Part shown: piece after piece, positions 31,012 to 40,977 of the stretch | Position numbering within the stretch: the first letter of the stretch is position 1 | Layout of the letters: the number at the start of each line of letters is the position of its first letter | NCBI GenBank assembly: GCA_963665115.1 | Contig: OY762007.1 | Location: 4,288,001 to 4,352,000, forward strand | DNA from: an uncultured Rivularia sp. | GTDB taxonomy: Bacteria > Cyanobacteriota > Cyanobacteriia > Cyanobacteriales > Nostocaceae | Length of the DNA stretch: 64,000 nucleotides | Reading direction: 5' to 3' | Translations under genes and position numbers: made by a program | Notes under the pieces: generated by a model | Databases searched by the model: none | Told to the model about the DNA's origin: nothing | The model's input: the letters and a program-made list of their open reading frames with translations, nothing else

Positions 31012-32736
31012 TTATGATTCGGAATTATTTTTTGAGGTGGATTCTAGCTGACCAATTTGAGTTGTTGGTTCGCGATGGTTATTTTCAATGTCATCAAAAT
31101 TTTGATGTTGAATATCTTCTTCTAATTCCGTTGATGTAACATATTCATTACCTAACCCTCCTGCGTAAGCTGCAACCATGTGGTTTTGGCTGCGACGACC
31201 AGACATGGTTCCTGCTGCAAAAGCACCACCAGCAACAATTGTTCCTCCCAAGGTAGCCATTAACCATAAAGGTAGGGGAAAATTATTAGTATTAGTTTCT
31301 TGCAATTGCGAACCTTCATCTTCCGAGTGGTCGTCTTCTTTTGTGCTACCACCCCGTAAAGATTGAGCGTAAAGTTGCGTAGCACGTTGGGTAACTACTG
31401 CATCACCTTCAAATAAACCACTGGTAACTTCGATTAAATTTCCAGAAGTTTGACCGAATTCAGGTTCAACAGATTGAAAAGCGTTACCGTTTTTGATATA
31501 AATTAATTTTTTACCATTGGCATCCACCATAGCAGAAGTAGGAATTGCCAAAACTGCGGCATTTGTCTTATCCGTAACCACTTCCAACTCAGCAAACATT
31601 CCTGGTTTTAATTGACCGTTAGCGTTATTAATTTCAGCTTGTACTGGTACTATTTGGGTTTCCCCTTCCACTACGGAACCAATGCGCTTAATTCTACCCC
31701 TAAAAATTTGATTGGGTACGCTAGAAACCTTTACATTCACTGGTTGACCAATTTGTACTTTACCCAAATCTTTTTCATAAATACTTGCTGTAGCAAAAAC
31801 CTCGCGGTCATTAACAATGGTCATCAACTGACTACCAGCTTCCTCAAAGGATTGACCGATGCTTACTTGTCTGTCAGCAACTTGACCGCTGATAGGAGCC
31901 GTCACCGTTATCAACCCCTTTTTGTTAGCAATAGCTCCTAGTTGAGCCAATCGAGTTTGATAAGTAGTATTACTAAGGTTAATTTGTTCTTTTGCTACCT
32001 TAACTGCTGCTTGAGCGCGTTGAACTTGATTTTCTGCTTCAATAACATTTCCGCGACGATTGGCTTTGGCTAGTTCCGCTTTGGCTTGTGCTAATTGAGT
32101 TTGAGACTCTAAAGCAGTGCGACGCGGTAAAGCGCCATTAACCGCCAATGACTTGTCTTTATTATATTTTTCTTGAGCAAATGCTACTTGACTTTGCGCT
32201 TGAGCTATTTCTGCTTTAGCGATATTTTGATAGCGATTGTAATTTTGTTGAGCCAACTTTAAATCCGCTAAAGCTTGTTGTAAATCGGCTTGACCTTGTG
32301 CTAATTTTTCCTGGGATTCAACCCGCAAATTTACGAAATCAGGGCTAGTTAACACAGCAACAGGTTGACCTTTTCTTACCCTTGCACCTGGTTCTACCAA
32401 CAACTCAGCTACCTTTGATCCAGGAATTGGGGTTGTTACCTGCGCTTTCTGACTGGGTAAAGTTTCAATTTTACCCGTCGTCTTAATACCAACGTCCAAA
32501 CGCTGACGTTTTACACTCTCAACTTTAATCCCCAACCGTTTCGCAGTTTGCTCATCTACTTTGACTTCTCCACTTGATTCGCTTCCACTTTGAAACGCAC
32601 CACTTCCATGGTCGTGACCAGCACCTGCTAACACAGATGTCGGAGTGTTGAGCAAAAGTAGACTCAGAGCTAAAGTAGAAACAAAATTAAGAACTGGTGC
32701 AGAACCTTGAAAACGGTTGGAAATTCGCATAAACAT
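31012..32736 (-). CDS. RND efflux periplasmic adaptor (CusB/CzcB-like)
   Basis: AGHDHG, coiled hairpin, APISG, LKPGMFAE. Confidence 0.88.
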   Translation of the reverse strand: MFMRISNRFQGSAPVLNFVSTLALSLLLLNTPTSVLAGAGHDHGSGAFQSGSESSGEVKVDEQTAKRLGIKVESVKRQRLDVGIKTTGKIETLPSQKAQVTTPIPGSKVAELLVEPGARVRKGQPVAVLTSPDFVNLRVESQEKLAQGQADLQQALADLKLAQQNYNRYQNIAKAEIAQAQSQVAFAQEKYNKDKSLAVNGALPRRTALESQTQLAQAKAELAKANRRGNVIEAENQVQRAQAAVKVAKEQINLSNTTYQTRLAQLGAIANKKGLITVTAPISGQVADRQVSIGQSFEEAGSQLMTIVNDREVFATASIYEKDLGKVQIGQPVNVKVSSVPNQIFRGRIKRIGSVVEGETQIVPVQAEINNANGQLKPGMFAELEVVTDKTNAAVLAIPTSAMVDANGKKLIYIKNGNAFQSVEPEFGQTSGNLIEVTSGLFEGDAVVTQRATQLYAQSLRGGSTKEDDHSEDEGSQLQETNTNNFPLPLWLMATLGGTIVAGGAFAAGTMSGRRSQNHMVAAYAGGLGNEYVTSTELEEDIQHQNFDDIENNHREPTTQIGQLESTSKNNSES

Positions 32737-32867
32737 TATCTTCCTCGTGTGAGCTTATCTCTGGAATATTGGCATTTTGAAAGAAGCAGTACTAGACTTC
32801 ATGCAATCTTTCTGCTGATTGAGATGCTCCTGTAAGTACAACGAGCCACTACTAACTTTCTTTTCCA

Positions 32868-32901
32868 ATTCTTTCACACCCAAATGAAAAATCGGTGAAA
32901 T
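32868..32901 (-). promoter_or_regulatory. CopR-like box plus -10
   Basis: ATTTCACCGATTTTTCAT-N10-AAGAAT. Confidence 0.68.
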
Positions 32902-33032
32902 TTTTAGATGATTTTCTTTTGAGCAAATATATTCAAATGTTTAAAATCCTTGTTTGACAATCAATACGGTGTCAATCTTGAGAGGATATACTTACTTGTA
33001 TAAATAGAACTGACTCCGTTCAAAAATAACAA

Positions 33033-33059
33033 AGAGACGTTGCACTGCAACGTCTCTAC
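33033..33059. repeat. Cyanobacterial REP-like palindrome
   Basis: AGAGACGTTGCA-C-TGCAACGTCTCT-AC. Confidence 0.7.
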
Positions 33060-33141
33060 AAAATTATTGGTTTCAAGATTAGCATTGAATGAAGATAGAC
33101 AATTTAACAACCACCTACTTCGTAAAATAAAGTCTGAGAAA

Positions 33142-33537
33142 CTAACTTAAAGTTTCAATTAACTTTATTACTCGTTGTTTAACTTCCTCACGGATACGAC
33201 GGAATATTTCAATATCTTTACCTTCGGGGTCATCGAGTTGCCAGTCTTCAAATATATCTCTTGTCACCCATTCTGGTGGTAAATTTACACCGCAACCACA
33301 TAAAGAAATCACGGCATCGTAATCTTCTGGATTAAAATCACTTAAAGGTTTGGATTTTTGATTACTGATATCAATGCCAATTTCTGACATAATTTCTATA
33401 GTTTTAGGGTCTACAAAACTCGATTCTAAACCCGAACTACTAACGCCTATTTTACCTTCTCCTAAAGTACGAGCAAATGCTTCTGCCATTTGAGAACGGC
33501 GAGAATTTTTCTTACAGACAAACATAACTTTTTTCAT
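33142..33537 (-). CDS. arsC: Arsenate reductase (cyanobacterial LMW-PTPase fold)
   Basis: CKKNSRRSQMAE, ISLCGCG, WQLDDPEG. Confidence 0.9.
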   Translation of the reverse strand: MKKVMFVCKKNSRRSQMAEAFARTLGEGKIGVSSSGLESSFVDPKTIEIMSEIGIDISNQKSKPLSDFNPEDYDAVISLCGCGVNLPPEWVTRDIFEDWQLDDPEGKDIEIFRRIREEVKQRVIKLIETLS

Positions 33538-33601
33538 GGTATTACCTATTATGAAATTAATGAACAGTTGAGTTGAAAAACTTTTAAGATAACCAAAGAC
33601 A

Positions 33602-34252
33602 TTAAAACTTAGGCAGACAATTATCTACACTGATACCTGCTTTGATTGCTTCTTGTTTGCGTTCGCTGTAGCGGTTCGTAAGATAATCTGCTTCGGAGCG
33701 CAACAGCAAAGTAAATTTATACAATTCTTCCATGACATCAATAATGCGATCGCGATAAGGCGAATCTTTCATGGTTCCGTCTTCGTTAAACTCTTGGTAA
33801 GCTTTGGCAACGGAAGATTGATTGGGAATGGTAAACATCCGCATCCAACGTCCTAAAAGGCGCATCGAATTTACGGCATTAAAAGACTGAGAACCACCGC
33901 TCACCTGCATTACAGCCAAAGTTCTACCTTGAGTTGGTCTAACTGCTCCTATACTTAAAGGAATCCAGTCAATTTGATTCTTGAGAATACCAGTAAGATT
34001 ACCGTGCATTTCTGGAGATGACCAAACTTGACCTTCTGACCATTGGCTTAATTCCCGTAGCTCTTGGACTTTGGCATGGGATTCAGGTACGCTTCCCCGA
34101 ATCGGTAATTCATGGGGATGAAAAAACTTTACTTCCGCACCAAATCCCTCAATGATTCGAGATGCTTCTTCTGCTGCAAGCCGACTGTAAGAACGCTCTC
34201 GTAAGGAGCCGTATAAAAATAATATCCTGGGCGGATGATTGAAATCGGTCAT
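33602..34252 (-). CDS. arsH: ArsH NADPH-dependent FMN reductase
   Basis: [27 protein letters not shown]. Confidence 0.93.
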   Translation of the reverse strand: MTDFNHPPRILFLYGSLRERSYSRLAAEEASRIIEGFGAEVKFFHPHELPIRGSVPESHAKVQELRELSQWSEGQVWSSPEMHGNLTGILKNQIDWIPLSIGAVRPTQGRTLAVMQVSGGSQSFNAVNSMRLLGRWMRMFTIPNQSSVAKAYQEFNEDGTMKDSPYRDRIIDVMEELYKFTLLLRSEADYLTNRYSERKQEAIKAGISVDNCLPKF

Positions 34253-34353
34253 AATTATTGAATTAACGGAAATCTACAGACGATTTGACTGCTGTTTTAA
34301 CCAAACTTGAGCAGCTATTTGAATGACTTTATATTTACTTAAGAGAACTATCG

Positions 34354-35514
34354 TCATTCATCCGTATCATTAAAGCTGGGCGCGGATCGCGTAGGGGTCG
34401 CCTTTTCCGGTTCCCGTGGAAACCAAGCTGCGGTACGCTTGCAAAATTCAACCAGCATCAACATTAGTGGTACTTCAATCAAAACCCCTACTACTGTTGC
34501 TAAGGCTGCACCGGAATTCAAGCCAAACAGCATCACCGCTGTAGCAATAGCGACTTCAAAGTGATTGCTAGCACCAATTAAAGCAGCGGGTGCGGCATCT
34601 TCGTAAGATAAATTTAGCTTCAGCGCTGCTACATATGCAATCAAGAAGATGAAATTGGTTTGGATAAAAAGCGGTACGGCAATTAATAAGATGTGTAGGG
34701 GATTTTCTACAATTAATTCGCCTTTAAATGCAAACAATAGTACCAAAGTTAATAGTAAAGCAGTGATGGAAATTGGAGTTAAATACTTTAAAAATCGTCT
34801 CTCAAACCATTCCCTACCTTTATGTTTCATAATCCAGTAACGGCTGAATATCCCAGCTATCAAGGGCAATCCCACGTAAATTAGTACCGACAACACGATT
34901 GTTTGCCAAGGAACAGTTAAATTATTAGCTGCTAACAACCATCTACCCAAGGGTGCGTATAAAAACAGCATTGCCAGGGAATTCACCGCTACCATCACCA
35001 AGGTATGTCCTTGGTTGCTGTAAGAAAGATATCCCCACATCAATACCATTGCCGTACAAGGGGCAATTCCTAACAAAATCGCACCAGCAATGTAAGAATT
35101 TGACAGCGCAACTTCGCTACCGCGAATTATTTCGCTTCCCTCAATCAAAGGACGAAATAACCATCCTAAGAAAAACTGAGCAAATGCCACCATCGTAAAT
35201 GGTTTAATCAACCAGTTAATCACCAAAGTAAGAATTACAGGTTTGGGAGCGCGGATAGCATGAACAGCTTGGCTGAAGTCAATTTTTACCATGATGGGAT
35301 ACATCATGAAAAATAAACACACCGCGATAGGAATAGATACCTGAAACACGCTCATAGCATCCAATGCCGTTGCTATCCCAGGAAATGTTCTTCCCAATGC
35401 AATCCCGGCAATAATGCAGAAAAACACCCAAACTGTAAGATATTTTTCAAAAAAGCTCAGATTGCTCCCAGCTTTAACTGGTGCTTTATTTGCTTGCGAA
35501 TTATTCGTACTCAT
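34354..35514 (-). CDS. acr3: ACR3-family arsenite efflux transporter (C-terminal tail probably frameshifted)
   Basis: [30 protein letters not shown]. Confidence 0.92.
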   Translation of the reverse strand: MSTNNSQANKAPVKAGSNLSFFEKYLTVWVFFCIIAGIALGRTFPGIATALDAMSVFQVSIPIAVCLFFMMYPIMVKIDFSQAVHAIRAPKPVILTLVINWLIKPFTMVAFAQFFLGWLFRPLIEGSEIIRGSEVALSNSYIAGAILLGIAPCTAMVLMWGYLSYSNQGHTLVMVAVNSLAMLFLYAPLGRWLLAANNLTVPWQTIVLSVLIYVGLPLIAGIFSRYWIMKHKGREWFERRFLKYLTPISITALLLTLVLLFAFKGELIVENPLHILLIAVPLFIQTNFIFLIAYVAALKLNLSYEDAAPAALIGASNHFEVAIATAVMLFGLNSGAALATVVGVLIEVPLMLMLVEFCKRTAAWFPREPEKATPTRSAPSFNDTDE

Positions 35515-35545
35515 CTGTAAACCCCGAAATATCTATAGTTAAGTG

Positions 35546-36592
35546 TTAAAATTCGGCTCGTTTCCGCAATACTTCATCGATAGTTAAATCCAGACGGGCT
35601 TGTCCCTCAAATACCGTTCCTGCTTTACCTCTGGTAAAATGAAGCTTATCTAGGCTATAAGCATCTTCTGGTAAAGGTACATACCCCACAGAACTAACTG
35701 TTATGGGCGCTTTTTCAATATAGAAATTTACAAAGTCTCTCACCCCTGCTTTCTTTTGAGCAGACTTAATATTTACATAGATAAACAGAGGACGAGAAAG
35801 TGGTTGATATTCTGCTTTTTCAACCGTTTCTCTTGAAGGTAATACTGCTCCCTTACCGTTATCTATTCCTAAAGCTTTTAATTTATCTTGGTTTTGTTCG
35901 TAATACGCATAACCAAAATAACCTAAAGCATTGGAGTCTTTACTGACACCAGAAACTAGAACCTCATCGTCTTCGCTGGCTGTATAGTCACTACGACTAT
36001 CTCCAGATTCACCGACTACCGCTTTTGTAAAGTAGTCATAAGTACCCGATTTATCCCCAGCACCATATAAACTTAACGGCTTATCGGGAAAAGAAGCGCG
36101 TACCTGTTTCCAGTTGGTAATCTTTCCTTGGGCTGATGGCTCCCAAATTTTCTTTAATTCCGCTACCGTAATATCTTTTGCCCATGTATTTTGGGGATTC
36201 ACCGCTACAGTCAAAGCATCAAAAGCTATAGGTAGCTCGGTAAATATTACACCGTTGGCGGTACAGGTTTTCAATTCCTGCTTCAGAATCGGACGTGAAG
36301 CGTTACTGATATCTGTTTCTCCTTTGCAAAATCTTTCAAAGCCACCTGTAGTACCGGAAACGTCTACTTTGACTTCTGCTTGATTCTGTTGTTGAAATTC
36401 TTTAGTTACAGCCTGTGTAATTGGATATACCGTACTCGAACCATCAATTTTTATTGTGGTTTCAGAATTACTAACCTCAGATACTTTTCCCTGGGACACA
36501 GTAGTGCTAGGAGTGTTAGACGTGTTCGTACAGCTAGCCGTCAGAACTAATACCCCTAGCATCAGAGCCATTTTCGTTGCTGTTGCTTTCAT
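35546..36592 (-). CDS. pstS: PstS/SphX-family phosphate-binding lipoprotein
   Basis: Lipobox TASC; DGSSTVYP, SGTTGGF, YQPLSRPLFIY. Confidence 0.88.
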   Translation of the reverse strand: MKATATKMALMLGVLVLTASCTNTSNTPSTTVSQGKVSEVSNSETTIKIDGSSTVYPITQAVTKEFQQQNQAEVKVDVSGTTGGFERFCKGETDISNASRPILKQELKTCTANGVIFTELPIAFDALTVAVNPQNTWAKDITVAELKKIWEPSAQGKITNWKQVRASFPDKPLSLYGAGDKSGTYDYFTKAVVGESGDSRSDYTASEDDEVLVSGVSKDSNALGYFGYAYYEQNQDKLKALGIDNGKGAVLPSRETVEKAEYQPLSRPLFIYVNIKSAQKKAGVRDFVNFYIEKAPITVSSVGYVPLPEDAYSLDKLHFTRGKAGTVFEGQARLDLTIDEVLRKRAEF

Positions 36593-36632
36593 GGTACGTA
36601 CTTACATTGACTTCAAGGGAACATCTCTATCA

Positions 36633-36704
36633 TTTCAAAAAAAATTGATGTTTCAAGTAAACGATATCACAATACCGAAAAACATATCAAAAAAAATTGA
36701 TATG
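36633..36704 (-). promoter_or_regulatory. Two ArsR operator boxes upstream of pstS-acr3-arsH-arsC
   Basis: TCAA-A6-TTGAT boxes at about 36633-36649 and 36683-36704 (CATATCAA...TTGATATG). Confidence 0.75.
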
Positions 36705-36708
36705 AGTA

Positions 36709-37029
36709 TTAAGAATCTTTACAAGCAGGTGCGGGTAATACTTGGTTGATGAGCCGGTATTGTGCGAGGTAATCCTCTAAAACCTCAAACTGAGCCGAGT
36801 TGAGACTGTAATAAATCCAGCGTCCTTCCTGACGAGCATAAACTAATTTAGCTTCTTTAAGATTTTTGAGATGAAAAGATAGCTTAGATTGACTTACCTC
36901 TAAAATATCGCATAAGTCACAAACACACATTTCTTGTTTTTTGAGTAATTGCAAAACTTGAATCCGCAGTGGCTCAGACAGAGCATGAAAGCCAGCAATG
37001 ATGATATCGTTTGTATGAGTAACTTGCAT
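36709..37029 (-). CDS. arsR: Arsenic-responsive repressor ArsR
   Basis: EMCVCDL, SKLSFHLK, EGRWIYY. Confidence 0.88.
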   Translation of the reverse strand: MQVTHTNDIIIAGFHALSEPLRIQVLQLLKKQEMCVCDLCDILEVSQSKLSFHLKNLKEAKLVYARQEGRWIYYSLNSAQFEVLEDYLAQYRLINQVLPAPACKDS

Positions 37030-37140
37030 TGCTGTAAGTTGAAATTATTGGGCTGCCTTTCCATCTTAATTTACATTTGATGCGAAATTTTGTGCTGAAA
37101 CTATACTTTGTTCAAAGGTTGAGAGTTAATTAACCTTCTA

Positions 37141-37323
37141 AACGAGTACCCCAACACAGATGTGATTTTCTTTGCTATTACTGCCATAGTTTTTGCTAGC
37201 ATTGTTAACTCCAAGGGAACATATCTATCGTTGCATCAAAAAAACTTGATGCTTTAGTTAAGCTATACCACAATACCGAAAAAACAAGTCAAAAAAAATT
37301 TTTATATATATTAAGAATCTTTA
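37141..37323 (-). repeat. Diverged duplicate of arsR 3' end / ArsR-operator promoter / pstS start
   Basis: Parallels 36545-36721; exact ATCAAGTTTTTTTGATG at 37234-37250; MAVIAKKITSVLG relic at 37187. Confidence 0.7.
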
Positions 37324-37622
37324 TGATGATGAGAAATGAATGCTTATGCAGATGAATAGTATTGTTCCATAGCAACAAATGAAGCCAATTAAAGGCTGTA
37401 ATAATGCGTCGTGGCTTTCTTGATAAGTGTAGACTAATTCAGTTTTAGTTATAGATTTTTGGGAACTTGCTACAAAGACAATGCATTAGTCCGATAGAAG
37501 GTTGTAATAATATTCGGATCGTTTTTTTGCACATAGATGTAGGCAAGAGATTGATACAAAACCTGTCAGTCTCTTGCAGCATTTTTCCTGTGAGTTTAAT
37601 AGATGCTCTTTATGATAACTAA

Positions 37623-37712
37623 TTATGCGGACTTGATGTAACCCAAGATAGCACCGTAAATAACTTTGGAGGTAATATCGGCAACCGTATAAATAATTTG
37701 TCGCGTTACTGC
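37623..37712 (-). pseudogene. Helix G remnant of a microbial rhodopsin (NDQ/NTQ pump-like)
   Basis: AVTRQIIYTVADITSKVIYGAILGYI with the retinal-binding DxxxK motif. Confidence 0.7.
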
Positions 37713-37729
37713 TCACTTTTTTAGCTTGG

Positions 37730-38722
37730 CTAATTATTCAAAAAAATACGCGATTTCTTTCCATATCGTTGTAGAAAAGCCAGAGCTTGTCGCTGTAGCT
37801 GTAGCACTCTTTGACGAGAAATACCCATTCGCTGACTAACTTGATTTAATGTCAATTCTTGTCCATCTTCTAAACCATAACGCAAGGTTAATATTTCTTG
37901 CTGTTGAGGAGAAAGTTTGGATAACAAGTCTTTAATAGTTTGGTTGAGGGATTCTTTTAAAACGTAGTCTTCTGGAGAAAAACTATTGTCTTCTAACAAA
38001 TCTTTTAAATCTGTATTTTGTTCTTCTCCCACTCGTACATCTAAAGACATCGGTTTACGAGCCAAACTTAAGTAATCTCGAATTTGACTTGGTTTCACTT
38101 CCATTACCTCAGCAATTTCAGTCACAGATGGATTGCGACCAAGTTTTTGTGATAATTCTCGTTGAACTCGTTTGATTTTATTTAGTTTCTCCGTGATATG
38201 AATCGGTAAACGAATTGTGCGAGATTGCTGGGATATTGCTCGCGTAATTCCCTGACGAATCCACCAGTAAGCGTAAGTAGAAAACTTGTATCCCAACGCT
38301 GGTTGAAATTTATCAACTGCTCGCTCTAATCCTAAAGTTCCTTCTTGAATCAAGTCGAGAAAATCCAGATTACGTTTCTGGTATTTTTTAGCAATTGTGA
38401 CTACTAAACGCAGATTAGCCGCAATCATTTTTTGTTTAGCTCGTTGTCCCCGATCTATTTGTTCGAGTAGTTCTGTATCATTCAATTGAGCCTTGTCTGA
38501 CCATTCTTGAAGAGTTGGTTGACGCTGTAACTTCTTAGATAATTCTTCTTTAATCGCTAACAAAGACATCCGTTGCTGAACTTTTTTAGCCAAATTAATT
38601 TCTTCTTCGGAAGTTAACAGCGGTATGCAAATTATATCTTGAAAATAACTACCGACAGTATCTTTTGAAGATTTACAAGTTTTTTTACTGTCCTTATTTG
38701 GTTGAGAAATAGGGTTAGACAT
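37730..38722 (-). CDS. Group-2-like sigma-70 factor (paralog B)
   Basis: Same motifs as paralog A; ATG 38722 aligns with paralog A start. Confidence 0.9.
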   Translation of the reverse strand: MSNPISQPNKDSKKTCKSSKDTVGSYFQDIICIPLLTSEEEINLAKKVQQRMSLLAIKEELSKKLQRQPTLQEWSDKAQLNDTELLEQIDRGQRAKQKMIAANLRLVVTIAKKYQKRNLDFLDLIQEGTLGLERAVDKFQPALGYKFSTYAYWWIRQGITRAISQQSRTIRLPIHITEKLNKIKRVQRELSQKLGRNPSVTEIAEVMEVKPSQIRDYLSLARKPMSLDVRVGEEQNTDLKDLLEDNSFSPEDYVLKESLNQTIKDLLSKLSPQQQEILTLRYGLEDGQELTLNQVSQRMGISRQRVLQLQRQALAFLQRYGKKSRIFLNN

Positions 38723-38867
38723 AAGATAATTAGCTTCTACTGAACGCACGCTGGTTAATCTTGAAAAAAGTTTTGCTTAAGTATTAAGTTTGAAAATAAG
38801 AAGTATTTTTGATGATAAACCCTTTGTAATTTATTATGTTTGATAAATTTATATAAATCAAAGAATC

Positions 38868-38989
38868 AAAAGAAAGAGGTTGTACTTTGAAAGCAGAGTT
38901 TCGCTAAGTACAACCAAGTGGTGTGTGTGTGAGGAGTGATTTATTTGAAATCACAATGTAAACGTAAACAATATAAATATTCACGTTCA
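38868..38989 (-). ncRNA. Candidate Yfr1-like small RNA (copy B)
   Basis: GTGATTT-N5-AAATCAC stem, ACTCCTCACAC (38927-38937), terminator stem 38878-38915, U-tract; ends inferred. Confidence 0.62.
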
Positions 38990-38995
38990 CTTACT

Positions 38996-39029
38996 AGTAT
39001 GTTATCTAAAAATGAAATTAAGATGAAAT
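38996..39029 (-). promoter_or_regulatory. CopR-like box plus -10
   Basis: ATTTCATCTTAATTTCAT-N10-CATACT. Confidence 0.78.
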
Positions 39030-39059
39030 TTATCAAGGTTGGGAGAATTATTTAAAAAC

Positions 39060-39107
39060 TTAACTGGCGCTAAAATCTGGTTCGTCTTCTTCGAGTAAAA
39101 CTTTCAT
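39060..39107 (-). pseudogene. 15-codon relic of a second response regulator (TCS deleted)
   Basis: MKVLLEEDEPDFSAS* versus MKVLLVEDEPDLGAS at 25470. Confidence 0.8.
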
Positions 39108-39135
39108 AACTAGCGATCGCCTTTTTATGCAAGCC

Positions 39136-39618
39136 CTAACTAACACGCAGTCGGGCTATGCCTACAGGTACTGTTTGTTTTGAATCAACAAAATTAACAA
39201 ACACTTTGTACAGCATTTCGCCCCTGGTAGCACGTAATTTTCTAACTTTGTTCATCTCTATAGTAAGCTTTGTTCTAGGAGGAACGGGTTCGGAAAATGT
39301 TAATACTGCTTTCTTCTCATCGATAGCAACAGAGGCGTTAATCTTTTCTCCCGATTGATTAGAGACATCAATATTATCCCTTAGCACTATATTATTTGGG
39401 GCTTCAATAATAATTTTTGACACAGCATTACTTTGTTCAGAAATGGCAATTTTTAAGGTATGTCTAAGAATGCTCCAATGGCGAATACCTTTAGGAAATT
39501 CTGAAAAATTAGTAATACGAGCAAAATTGGTAGCTGCTGTTGTTGGTTGTGCTATAGCAGTACCAATTGATACGGCTAATGTGAAAGTAGCGGCAGTATA
39601 AAATAATATTTTTTTCAT
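39136..39618 (-). CDS. Secreted DUF2808-like protein (paralog of 25504)
   Basis: High identity to the 25504-25986 product. Confidence 0.75.
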   Translation of the reverse strand: MKKILFYTAATFTLAVSIGTAIAQPTTAATNFARITNFSEFPKGIRHWSILRHTLKIAISEQSNAVSKIIIEAPNNIVLRDNIDVSNQSGEKINASVAIDEKKAVLTFSEPVPPRTKLTIEMNKVRKLRATRGEMLYKVFVNFVDSKQTVPVGIARLRVS

Positions 39619-39733
39619 TCTGAGAGGGTTTTAAAAGTAATTTTTAGATTACATTAATACTATTTTTTCAAATATTTTCAGAGAGTAAAATGCTACAACA
39701 ATAGTAATAATGTAATCATTTAATATTCATCCA

Positions 39734-40039
39734 CTAACTTGAGATGTTAGATGTCTTAGACTTAGTATTACGTCGGCGTGTTTGAAACCACATAATAATT
39801 CCTGTAACGGCAAGCATCAGCAAACCAAAAGCATTTAAGAATGGATAAATCATTTCTAGATTAATACGACCAAATTTACCCCTATGCCATTCCAGAAGCC
39901 AGAGAAACTCCTCAGTTTTACCACTAATTACTGCTATGTGAAACAAAGAACCCGTAATCAAACTTAGTATTGCAGGCAACAACATGATTGGGGCAAACAA
40001 CGAGTGCAGTTGACGGATGCGAGCTTTATTTAATGCCAT
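39734..40039 (-). CDS. Small PepSY-TM-associated membrane protein
   Basis: IRQLH..AP...ITG, LEWHRG, YPFLNAFGLL. Confidence 0.7.
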   Translation of the reverse strand: MALNKARIRQLHSLFAPIMLLPAILSLITGSLFHIAVISGKTEEFLWLLEWHRGKFGRINLEMIYPFLNAFGLLMLAVTGIIMWFQTRRRNTKSKTSNISS

Positions 40040-40111
40040 AGTTAGCAGTTTTACTTCAATAATATATATTTAGACTTAAAAAAAATCGCATCAATAGAAA
40101 TCAAAAAGACT

Positions 40112-40507
40112 TCATTGATACATTCGTCGCTTAGTATAATAAAGTAAAAAAGTTCCTAATAAAAGTAGTGAAAAAACCATTTCTCCTGGCTGTGGAATCA
40201 GGCTTGAATTGTTTATTGTAGATGAATTTACTGAATTAATGCCTTTCTTTTCCGCGTGCATTTTCATTGGAGTAGAAGAAGGCTTTACAGATGTTTCCGG
40301 ATTTTTCATATTCAACATCCGGGATGAATTGGAAGATTCTGGCTGTGTTTTTGCCTCTGGGGTTACTATTACTTCTGTTTTTGGTTCGCTTGTTTTTTTG
40401 GCTCCGTGGAACTTTTTCTCATGTGCTTTGAGGGGTGAAGCTTGCACTAATGTAGTTGCAACTAGTGTTGAACCGATAAAAATAATTTGACGAATTTGTG
40501 ATTTCAT
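40112..40507 (-). CDS. Secreted protein with C-terminal membrane anchor
   Basis: Signal peptide ending LKAH, low-complexity linker, PGEMVFSLLLLG TM. Confidence 0.65.
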   Translation of the reverse strand: MKSQIRQIIFIGSTLVATTLVQASPLKAHEKKFHGAKKTSEPKTEVIVTPEAKTQPESSNSSRMLNMKNPETSVKPSSTPMKMHAEKKGINSVNSSTINNSSLIPQPGEMVFSLLLLGTFLLYYTKRRMYQ

Positions 40508-40551
40508 TTTTTTTAGGTAAGGGTGCTGAAGCGTTCATGCTTACATTCCTA

Positions 40552-40585
40552 AGTATGATGGATACTTATGAAATCAGGATGAAAT
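40552..40585 (-). promoter_or_regulatory. CopR-like box plus -10 (leftward)
   Basis: ATTTCATCCTGATTTCAT-N10-CATACT. Confidence 0.78.
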
Positions 40586-40652
40586 AATAAGCTCTTTTTT
40601 CAAAAAGTATGACAATTTATTTTAATTTAATAAAGAATATGACAACAAGAAT

Positions 40653-40686
40653 ATTTCATGCTGATTTCATAACTCCTTGTCAAAAT
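40653..40686 (+). promoter_or_regulatory. CopR-like box plus -10 (rightward, copAB)
   Basis: ATTTCATGCTGATTTCAT-N10-CAAAAT. Confidence 0.78.
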
Positions 40687-40977
40687 AGTAATCAGCAGAA
40701 ACACCGCTCAATTTTGTTTTTAAAGAAACTACCGAACTATGGTAAATCAACTAATTCAAAAAGTAACTATCGTATTATCTGCTGTAAACGCTATAATTTC
40801 TGCTACGCCGTTAATAGCGGATTTTTGTAGCACATCCCGGAATACCTAACGACTGATTATTTTTGAAGGGATAAGTACAGCTAGGTAAAGTTATCGCTCA
40901 AATAATTATACTATCTATCGAAATTTAGCAACGTCGTATTTAGCTATATCCAAACACGTTATTAACAGGTAATTATT

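Noticed and set aside
37058..37076. TTTCCATCTTAATTTACAT as an eleventh CopR-like box
   Set aside because: Both half-sites are mismatched and it faces no gene
37486..37716. 76-aa ORF downstream of sigma B
   Set aside because: Mostly the wrong frame of the rhodopsin relic; not a credible protein
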